Below, piece by piece: positions 1 to 4,583 of a DNA stretch of 5,029 nucleotides. The stretch covers positions 1-5,029 of the IMG/VR virus record IMGVR_UViG_3300015610_000694. The stretch is one strand, 5' to 3'. Source of the DNA: a virus. Position 1 is the first letter of the stretch, and each line of letters opens with the position of its first letter. The position numbers were made by a program, and so were the translations under genes. The notes below the pieces were generated by a model that was not told where the DNA came from, did no database searches, and saw nothing but the letters and a program-made list of their open reading frames with translations.

Positions 1-515
1 ACGTGCGAACCTTCGACGGCAAACCGTGGCGTGGTCTGGTGGATGTCGTATCTGGCGGATTCCCGTGTCAGGCATTTTCCACAGCTTCACGCGGGAGAAA
101 AACCGCAATTGACTTGTGGCCTGAAATGCGACGGGTCGTTAGGGAAGTTGAACCGGCCTATGTGTTCGCCGAGAACGTCACAAAGGCCGCAATTGAACAA
201 GCTGCAAGCGATTGCGCCTCAATGGGTTATAAAACCGAAATGCTTTCCTTGTCGGCGGGAGACCTGGGCGCAGACCATGAGCGGCAAAGGTATTGGCTAC
301 TTGCATACGCCGACGACAAAAGCCAACTATGCAGCACCATCAATGCAAAAGTGGCGGGCATGTCGAAATTTTGTGAGCGTCTTTGGCAAACCTACCCCGG
401 AGAACCAAGAGTGGTTGATGGCGTGGCCGATCGGATGGAGCGATACGAAGCCATTGGCAATGGACAAGTTCCAGCGGTGGCAGCAGCAGTGGCGTCATGC
501 GCCGTTTTTGACTAA
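1..515 (+). CDS. DNA (cytosine-5)-methyltransferase, C-terminal part (5' end lies outside the window)
   Basis: The translation carries C5-MTase motifs in canonical order: GGFPCQAFS (motif IV, catalytic Cys), YVFAENV (motif VI), HERQRYWLLAY (motif VIII, QxRxR) and IGNGQVP (motif X). The ORF is open to the 5' edge of the window. Stop TAA at 513-515. Confidence 0.85.
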   Translation, partial: VRTFDGKPWRGLVDVVSGGFPCQAFSTASRGRKTAIDLWPEMRRVVREVEPAYVFAENVTKAAIEQAASDCASMGYKTEMLSLSAGDLGADHERQRYWLLAYADDKSQLCSTINAKVAGMSKFCERLWQTYPGEPRVVDGVADRMERYEAIGNGQVPAVAAAVASCAVFD

Positions 516-533
516 CAGTGAAGGAGTGTGTGA

Positions 534-773
534 GTGAAGGCCGAATACATCACCTGCCTAGCCATAGCGCTGATCCTTGCCGCCTGTGCGCATCACCAGA
601 CCATCGAAGTCAGCGAGTACCACATCACCAACACCGAGCAGAAATGCGCAGGCAAAACGGCGTGCTCTGAGGTGTACGACACCGGCAAGTGCAATGTGTG
701 GATCAACGCCAAAGCGACGACGGAGCGCGACTACGGCGCGGCGGTGCGGAAATGTTTTGTGGGGCGGGTATGA
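534..773 (+). CDS. small putative lipoprotein (79 aa)
   Basis: GTG start at 534, preceded by AAGGAG (521-526) at 7-nt spacing. The N-terminus MKAEYITCLAIALILAAC has a hydrophobic core and an L-A-A-C lipobox. The mature part contains four further Cys. No family recognised. Confidence 0.6.
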   Translation: MKAEYITCLAIALILAACAHHQTIEVSEYHITNTEQKCAGKTACSEVYDTGKCNVWINAKATTERDYGAAVRKCFVGRV

Positions 774-919
774 ACGAACCGAAATGCAAGCACTGCCAGC
801 ACAGCGAGTTTGACTCGCGATGTGTGGCGCCTATTCTGTGGTGTGCCTTGCACCGAGGGCAAGCTATTGAGCCGTGCGAGAAATTCTCCAGAGAGCCGGG
901 AACAGAGGGCGACGAATGA
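770..919 (+). CDS. Cys-rich miniprotein (49 aa), possible zinc-ribbon protein
   Basis: ATG 770 overlaps the upstream stop as ATGA. Translation: MNEPKCKHCQHSEFDSRCVAPILWCALHRGQAIEPCEKF..., with a CxxC...C...WC...PC pattern. This is the in-frame 3' part of track ORF 689..919. It is short, so coding status is uncertain. Confidence 0.45.
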   Translation: MNEPKCKHCQHSEFDSRCVAPILWCALHRGQAIEPCEKFSREPGTEGDE

Positions 920-1368
920 CGCAGCTAACCCTACAGCGCCAGTCGTTCGGCTTTGTGCCAGCGGACGACGAGACGCGGAAAGCGCTCGCGAAGGTGCCTA
1001 TCGGCTCACTGGTGACGCGCGAATGGCGGAAGGTGCGGAACAGCAAGCACCACCGGATGCGCTTTGCCTGGGTGCCGGAAATCTTCGCCGCTATCGAACA
1101 TCTTGGACTGTTCGGAAACGCCGAATTGCTGCGGGCGCACCTGACGTTACAGACCGAGTTTGTTCACGTCATCGTCAACCCGTCAACCGGCGAAGTGTCA
1201 CGCATTCCGCGTTCGTGGGCGTACTCATCGCTGGACGAAAACGAGTTTGCCAAAATGGCGAAGCAGATTCGCGACTACCTGCTCGGCGATTTCCTCGAAC
1301 TGTGCATCGAGCGCGGCAAATGGGACGAAAACACGGTGCTGCATTTTCAGATGGTGGCGGATCAATGA
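916..1368 (+). CDS. DUF1367-like phage nin-region protein (150 aa)
   Basis: ATG 916 overlaps the upstream stop as ATGA, with GAGGG 6 nt upstream. The N-terminus MTQLTLQRQSFGFVPADDETRKAL..., the KVRNSKHHRMRF motif and SWAYSSLDENEF match my recollection of DUF1367 phage proteins. It sits directly upstream of a YbcO-like gene, as in E. coli DLP12. Confidence 0.65.
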   Translation: MTQLTLQRQSFGFVPADDETRKALAKVPIGSLVTREWRKVRNSKHHRMRFAWVPEIFAAIEHLGLFGNAELLRAHLTLQTEFVHVIVNPSTGEVSRIPRSWAYSSLDENEFAKMAKQIRDYLLGDFLELCIERGKWDENTVLHFQMVADQ

Positions 1369-1661
1369 GCAAGATACGCGAATCCGCGCGAGGCGAGCGT
1401 TGCACGATCCGCGTTATTGGCGTCTGCAACGGCGATCAGGAAACAACGGTTTGGTGCCACGCGAACGGAGTTAGGTTTGGCAAGGGCTTTGCGATCAAAG
1501 TGAATGACTTGCTTGGCGCCTACGGGTGCAGCGCATGCCACGCGGTTTATGACGGCCAGCGAAAACGCCCTGCCGGAATGACGCAAGAGGACGTGGAACT
1601 GGATTTCTGGCGCGGACACGGCGAAAGCTTGATCCGGCTTTACGAAAAGGGGCTGGTTTGA
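1365..1661 (+). CDS. YbcO/DUF1364-like putative phage nuclease (98 aa)
   Basis: ATG 1365 overlaps the upstream stop as ATGA. ARGERCTIRVIGVCNGDQETTVWCH...GCSACH closely parallels E. coli YbcO (ARGRECQVRIPGVCNGNPETSVLAH...ACSACH). This is the 3' third of track ORF 810..1661. Confidence 0.8.
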   Translation: MSKIRESARGERCTIRVIGVCNGDQETTVWCHANGVRFGKGFAIKVNDLLGAYGCSACHAVYDGQRKRPAGMTQEDVELDFWRGHGESLIRLYEKGLV

Positions 1662-1879
1662 CATGCCAATGCTGCGCCAATCGACACAAACACATCTACA
1701 TGGACGGATGCGACCAGTGCAAAGCGCGCTGGATCGCCAGACTGCCGACGAGGTTAGCGCGTGAGCACTTGCAAAGGCTGCCAGAGCTGCGCGACGCAGC
1801 ACGCGCCGAGTACCGAGCAGACATGCGGGAACTGCGCGGAGGCGACGCCGGTAGAGCGGACGACATGGATTCGATGTGA
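1658..1879 (+). CDS. Cys-rich small protein (73 aa), function unknown
   Basis: TTG start overlaps the YbcO-like stop as TTGA, with AAGGGG 5 nt upstream. The N-terminus is CQCC..H.H....C..C and the C-terminal half looks helical and charged. Codon-position GC (high GC1, lower GC2, high GC3) favours this frame in the stretch shared with ORF 1761..1970. Confidence 0.45.
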   Translation: MTCQCCANRHKHIYMDGCDQCKARWIARLPTRLAREHLQRLPELRDAARAEYRADMRELRGGDAGRADDMDSM

Positions 1880-1970
1880 GGCGCGTAGTGTCAGCATCAA
1901 CGGTATTTACCACTACGAGGAAACGCATCAGTCATGGTTACCAGCGTGCGGATCATGGAAGCAAAAGTGA
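1761..1970 (+). CDS. alternative or overlapping Cys-rich small ORF (69 aa)
   Basis: GTG start with GAGG 7 nt upstream. Its stop overlaps an in-frame GTG (1967) of the next gene as GTGA. Its CxxC...WxxC...PxCxxW pattern resembles the 770..919 product. It overlaps ORF 1658..1879 by 119 nt, its GC1/GC2 pattern is atypical there, and GC3 drops after 1880. Confidence 0.3.
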   Translation: MSTCKGCQSCATQHAPSTEQTCGNCAEATPVERTTWIRCEARSVSINGIYHYEETHQSWLPACGSWKQK

Positions 1971-2377
1971 CTCGACCAGTCGTGTCTGACAACCTCATTG
2001 ACTGCCTGCGGGCGCTTGATGATTTCTGGAATTCCGGCAGCAACCCGCTACCGGGCGCTTCCGTTTTGGCATCGGCAGAACGAATGGCGAAATCTGGAAA
2101 GGAGAGCAGTTTGCGGGACGAGGCTATATGGGACGATGTCCGCGACCCCTATCGTGGCGTCCGTGTTGACGACGCCTTTCGCAAGCTCGCTCCGGTACAG
2201 CAGGTTTGCATACGCACGCATTTTTTCTGGTCAGCCGCGACGCCACTGGCAGGAATCCGGTACGTGGATTGGCGCGAGTTCAGGAAGATCGAGGCGGAGC
2301 ATGCCGCACTGCCTGAACAGGTCTATGAGCGAGCGCTGATCAACTCGATTGCCGAGATGGAGCGTGCATGCGCTTGA
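1934..2377 (+). CDS. putative late-gene antiterminator Q-like protein (up to 147 aa; start ambiguous among ATG 1934, ATG 1955 and GTG 1967)
   Basis: It occupies the position of lambdoid Q: after the nin-type genes and before a leader, terminator and lysis cassette. The size and the segments ALDDFW.. and VDDAFRKLAPVQQVCIRTHFFW loosely resemble the short QuuD/PF06530-type Q proteins as I remember them. The coding call is solid. The function is inferred. Confidence 0.5.
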   Translation: MVTSVRIMEAKVTRPVVSDNLIDCLRALDDFWNSGSNPLPGASVLASAERMAKSGKESSLRDEAIWDDVRDPYRGVRVDDAFRKLAPVQQVCIRTHFFWSAATPLAGIRYVDWREFRKIEAEHAALPEQVYERALINSIAEMERACA

Positions 2378-2583
2378 CGCCGGAGGATCAGGCCGTGGTC
2401 GTGCTCGACGCAATCCGTGATTGCATCAATCCAGAATCAGGAATGGCGCACCTGCCGGACGTGGTTGCGGTGTGCGTAGTGTCTGGCATTGAGCGGACTT
2501 TGGCCTACAAGATCATTGACCGATGGAACAACCAGTGCTGGCGCCGGATCGGAACAAGCATAGGATTTGTAAATGCCAAATAA
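2368..2583 (+). CDS. small winged-helix-like protein (71 aa)
   Basis: ATG 2368 overlaps the end of the Q-like gene by 10 nt. GC3 is about 66 percent. EDQAVVVLDAIRD...SGIERTLAYKIIDRW looks HTH-like and parallels the next ORF. Confidence 0.5.
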   Translation: MRLTPEDQAVVVLDAIRDCINPESGMAHLPDVVAVCVVSGIERTLAYKIIDRWNNQCWRRIGTSIGFVNAK

Positions 2584-2800
2584 CGGCTACACGCAAGCCG
2601 TACTTGATGCGCTGAAGGACGGCCCGAAGACATCAATTGAGCTTGTGCGCATCACTGGGCTGACCAAGTTGCAGGTTGGCGAGGTGTTGCGCGCGCTACG
2701 TGGGCGAACAATCAAGTCGCACCCGGTAAGGTACGAGCTGATACCAACAAACTGTGCATTTACAGATGGCAAAAATAGTTGTGAAATACGCGCGGGGTAG
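2573..2800 (+). CDS. small winged-helix DNA-binding-like protein (75 aa)
   Basis: ATG 2573 overlaps the upstream gene by 11 nt. YTQAVLDALKDGPKTSIELVRITGLTKLQVGEVLRALRGRTIKSHPVRYELI has a typical wHTH layout. The last ~18 codons are AT-rich and overlap the candidate promoter. Confidence 0.6.
   Translation: MPNNGYTQAVLDALKDGPKTSIELVRITGLTKLQVGEVLRALRGRTIKSHPVRYELIPTNCAFTDGKNSCEIRAG
2759..2787 (+). promoter_or_regulatory. candidate sigma70-type late promoter (pR'-like position)
   Basis: TTTACA (2759-2764), a 17-nt spacer, then TGAAAT (2782-2787), within the only AT-rich patch of the region. It lies ~175 nt upstream of the intrinsic terminator. The -10 lacks the conserved A at -11, so the sequence match is weak. 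Confidence 0.25.
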
Positions 2801-2859
2801 TGCGCTCTGCAACAACCGAATCATCCCCCTTGCGATCCGGCAGAGCGCGCTATTTCCGC
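2792..2859 (+). other. long imperfect hairpin (13-bp core stem, 29-nt apical loop)
   Basis: TAGTGCGCTCTGC (2798-2810) pairs with GCAGAGCGCGCTA (2840-2852) with one G-U pair. The stem is extendable by GCGG (2792-2795) pairing with CCGC (2856-2859). It begins at the stop codon of the upstream CDS. Confidence 0.5.
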
Positions 2860-2862
2860 CAT

Positions 2863-2930
2863 TGTGGGATAGCGCAGACTGGCAGCGCGTCGGGCTCATA
2901 ACCCGAAGGTCTGATTCGATCCCGCAACCA
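2863..2930 (+). tRNA. initiator-tRNA(Met, CAT)-like element lacking a foldable T arm (68 nt; probable tRNA relic or tRNA-like RNA)
   Basis: The acceptor TGTGGGA pairs with TCCCGCA over 7 bp (one G-U) and is followed by ACCA. U8 is present. The D arm is GCGC-AGACTGGCA-GCGC. The anticodon arm TCGGG-CTCATAA-CCCGA plus AGGTC is identical to the bacterial tRNA-fMet anticodon stem-loop and variable region. Only 8 nt (TGATTCGA) lie between the variable loop and the 3' acceptor strand, where 17 nt are needed for a T arm. Confidence 0.45.
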
Positions 2931-2937
2931 ATTTCAC

Positions 2938-2969
2938 AAAGCTCGCTTCGGCGGGCTTTTTTCATTTTT
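2938..2969 (+). terminator. rho-independent terminator (tR'-like position)
   Basis: AAAGCTCGC-TTCG-GCGGGCTTT forms a 9-bp stem (6-bp GC core, one G-U pair) with a UUCG tetraloop, followed by TTTTTTCATTTTT. It ends 3 nt before the holin ATG. Confidence 0.7.
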
Positions 2970-2972
2970 GCG

Positions 2973-3194
2973 ATGAACATTTTGGAAAAACACGAACTTG
3001 CGACAGAGGCGATCAAGGCTGCGCCGCCGCTCGCTGTTGTCGGTACGTCGCTTGCCGGAGCTGTATCGTGGAGCGACATCGCCTATGCCATGACGGCGCT
3101 ATGGATGCTGGTGCAGACGATATGGTTCGTTGGTGTTCGTCTGTGGCGCTGGAAGCACGGCAAACCGCTGGATACCGTAAAGGGAGACCGGTGA
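2973..3194 (+). CDS. class II (two-TMD) holin, pinholin-like (73 aa)
   Basis: This is the in-frame ATG within track ORF 2754..3194, whose upstream part crosses the tRNA-like element and the terminator. TMD1 AAPPLAVVGTSLAGAVSW is Gly/Ala/Ser-rich (compare GTSAGSAG in phage 21 S). TMD2 is IAYAMTALWMLVQTIWFVGV. The C-tail RLWRWKHGKPLDTVKGDR is basic. It is the first gene of a lysis cassette. No Shine-Dalgarno sequence is evident. Confidence 0.7.
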   Translation: MNILEKHELATEAIKAAPPLAVVGTSLAGAVSWSDIAYAMTALWMLVQTIWFVGVRLWRWKHGKPLDTVKGDR

Positions 3195-3403
3195 AGCTCG
3201 TCCCTCTATTCTGGAAAAGCTGGTCGTTCTGGCTGATGATCTTGACGGCGATCTTGGGCGGCATTGAAGCTGCGCTGCCGTTGTTCACGTCGGTAGTGCC
3301 GCCGCGCTCGTTTGCTGTGGCCTCAATGATTACCGGCATCGCTGCTGCCGTGGCTCGCACGATCCAACAGCAAAGCATGCATCCGAATGAAAAACCTGAT
3401 TGA
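3191..3403 (+). CDS. two-TMD membrane protein (70 aa), holin or antiholin partner candidate
   Basis: GTG 3191 overlaps the holin stop as GTGA, with GGGAG 4-5 nt upstream. The TMDs are FWKSWSFWLMILTAILGGIEAAL and FAVASMITGIAAAVARTI. It sits between holin and endolysin. Confidence 0.6.
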   Translation: MKLVPLFWKSWSFWLMILTAILGGIEAALPLFTSVVPPRSFAVASMITGIAAAVARTIQQQSMHPNEKPD

Positions 3404-3902
3404 GCTTTTCGCTGCATTTTTCTCTGCATTCCGCAGAGAAAACCAGCCAATTGCAGAGAAACCGACTACGCCTGCTGTAGCAGGCAAAGACACGGCGGCG
3501 CAGTTCATCGCCCGTTGGGAAGGCTGCAAGCTATCGGCCTATCAGGATGTCGTCGGCGTCTGGACTATCGGCTATGGCAGAACAACCAACGTTCACCCAG
3601 GCGATACCTGCACACAAGAGCAGGCCGATTCATGGCTCGCCGAAGAGGTCGAACAATTCAAGCGTGGCGTTCGTGGCGCCGTGCTGGTGCCGCTCAATGA
3701 CAACCAGCTCGCTGCCTGTACGTCACTTGCCTACAACATCGGTTTAGCTGCGTTCCGTGGCTCTACGCTGCTGCGCAAACTCAACGAAGGCGACTACCAA
3801 GGCGCTGCCGAACAGTTCCTTGTGTGGAACAAAGCGGGCGGGCGTGTTGTTCAGGGATTGGTTAATCGGCGTGCAGCAGAGCAAAAACTGTTTCTGTCGT
3901 GA
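3387..3902 (+). CDS. GH24 phage lysozyme (endolysin), 171 aa
   Basis: The catalytic triad spacing E-x8-D-x5-T is present in WEGCKLSAYQDVVGVWTIGYG. NDNQLAACTSLAYNIG and GLVNRRAAEQKLF are typical of T4/P21-type lysozymes. About 45 aa of N-terminal extension, starting MKNLIELFAAFFSAFRR, precede the catalytic domain. Confidence 0.9.
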   Translation: MKNLIELFAAFFSAFRRENQPIAEKPTTPAVAGKDTAAQFIARWEGCKLSAYQDVVGVWTIGYGRTTNVHPGDTCTQEQADSWLAEEVEQFKRGVRGAVLVPLNDNQLAACTSLAYNIGLAAFRGSTLLRKLNEGDYQGAAEQFLVWNKAGGRVVQGLVNRRAAEQKLFLS

Positions 3903-4093
3903 TTTGGTTAGAGCGCATCCGCGACTATTTCACGCGGCGGGCTTACGAGCGAGCTAAGCAGTATTGGGAGCCAATGGTGCGGATAACGGCTGCGCAACGT
4001 GACATTTACGAGCACGCATACCTACAGCAACGGCAAATCATCAACCGACTAGAAGCGGAAAAGGAGCGCTGCAAATGCTGCTCATTGGACTGA
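3899..4093 (+). CDS. hypothetical soluble charged protein (64 aa) inside the lysis cassette
   Basis: GTG 3899 overlaps the endolysin stop as GTGA. GC3 is about 64 percent. The sequence is predicted helical and charged (RIRDYFTRRAYERAKQYWE...RLEAEKERCKCC), with no TMD. No family recognised. Confidence 0.45.
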   Translation: MIWLERIRDYFTRRAYERAKQYWEPMVRITAAQRDIYEHAYLQQRQIINRLEAEKERCKCCSLD

Positions 4094-4188
4094 TCGTAGG
4101 CGGAGTGGCGGGCTACCTTGTCTGCCTGAAGCAAGACGCTATCAAGGCGCGCGTTGACGAGAAAGTCGGCAAGTGGTTCAAGCGCTGA
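4075..4188 (+). CDS. 37-aa single-TMD miniprotein (not in the supplied ORF track)
   Basis: ATG 4075 has AAGGAG (4061-4066) 8 nt upstream. Translation: MLLIGLIVGGVAGYLVCLKQDAIKARVDEKVGKWFKR, an N-terminal TMD plus a basic amphipathic tail. GC3 is about 78 percent. Stop TGA at 4186-4188. It overlaps both neighbouring genes by 16-19 nt. Confidence 0.45.
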   Translation: MLLIGLIVGGVAGYLVCLKQDAIKARVDEKVGKWFKR

Positions 4189-4583
4189 TTGTTCTGCTAC
4201 TGCTGGCTGGCCTGACTATCGGCGGACAGCAGTGGTACATCGGCCATCAAAGCGACAAGCACGAAGCCTACAAAGCAAAGGTCATCGCTGCTACGGTCAA
4301 GGCGGAACAGGCAGCAATCGCCACCACAAAGGCCATTGCCAATATCGGCGAACAGCGGGTGACGGTCTACCGAGATCGCCTCAAAACCATCGAGGCATCA
4401 ACCAATGTGCAGATTGATCCTAGCGGCGTGCCTGATTGCCGCGTGTCTGACGGGGTGCGAGACGCTATCAATAGCGCCCGCACAGGGGCCAACAGTGCGA
4501 GTGCCCGCAGAGCTGAAGCAGGAATGCCCGCCGCTACCAATGACGGACGGCAGCCTCGCGAACCTCGCGCGCCTCGCGGTTGA
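4173..4583 (+). CDS. i-spanin (Rz-like), 136 aa
   Basis: It has an N-terminal TMD (ALIVLLLLAGLTIGG), an Ala/Lys/Gln-rich helical periplasmic region and a VPDCRVSDGVRDAINSA segment typical of Rz-like proteins. A lipoprotein gene sits in the +1 frame within its 3' part. Confidence 0.75.
   Translation: MVQALIVLLLLAGLTIGGQQWYIGHQSDKHEAYKAKVIAATVKAEQAAIATTKAIANIGEQRVTVYRDRLKTIEASTNVQIDPSGVPDCRVSDGVRDAINSARTGANSASARRAEAGMPAATNDGRQPREPRAPRG

Noticed and set aside
31-537. 168-aa ORF in an alternative frame of the methyltransferase region
   Set aside because: The other frame (3..515) carries ordered C5-MTase motifs. This frame has no recognisable features.
810-1661. 283-aa ORF, the longest in the window
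   Set aside because: Only its last 98 codons (from ATG 1365) look like a real protein (YbcO-like). The upstream two thirds are Arg/Ala-rich low-complexity sequence, read out of frame across the well-supported DUF1367-like gene.
1362-1928. 188-aa minus-strand ORF
   Set aside because: It is antisense to three + strand genes that have recognisable motifs and coupling signals. Its Arg/Ala/Leu-rich composition is typical of shadow ORFs in GC-rich DNA, and there is no RBS or family resemblance.
2792-2861. Possible second tRNA upstream of the tRNA-like element (starts CGCGGGGTAG, ends CCGCCA)
   Set aside because: The interior folds only as one long hairpin. There is no anticodon arm, D arm or T arm, and the 3' segment does not form a proper 7-bp acceptor with CCA in register. 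Only the 8-nt 5' match to tRNA-fMet is retained as an observation.
2863-2930. Canonical, full-length functional tRNA-Met/Ile2 gene
   Set aside because: I tried several registers and none gives a 5-bp T stem with a TTCRANN loop. The element is about 9 nt too short, so it is reported only as tRNA-like or a relic.
2754-2972. N-terminal 73 codons of track ORF 2754..3194
   Set aside because: This part would be translated across the hairpin, the tRNA-like element and an intrinsic terminator. The holin-like sequence begins only at ATG 2973.
3068-3190. 5' extension of track ORF 3068..3403
   Set aside because: It overlaps the holin gene out of frame. GTG 3191 has a GGGAG RBS and a GTGA junction, and the TMD-containing protein starts there.
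3387-3440. Classic SAR signal-anchor at the endolysin N-terminus
   Set aside because: The hydrophobic run is only about 12-13 residues, includes Glu and lacks the Gly/Ala-rich 18-20-residue character of known SAR domains. Kept only as a question under findings.
2696-3450. Minus-strand ORFs 2696..3079 (127 aa) and 3013..3450 (145 aa)
   Set aside because: They run antisense through the terminator, the tRNA-like element and the holin and membrane-protein genes. Their composition is low-complexity and there are no start signals. Treated as shadow ORFs.
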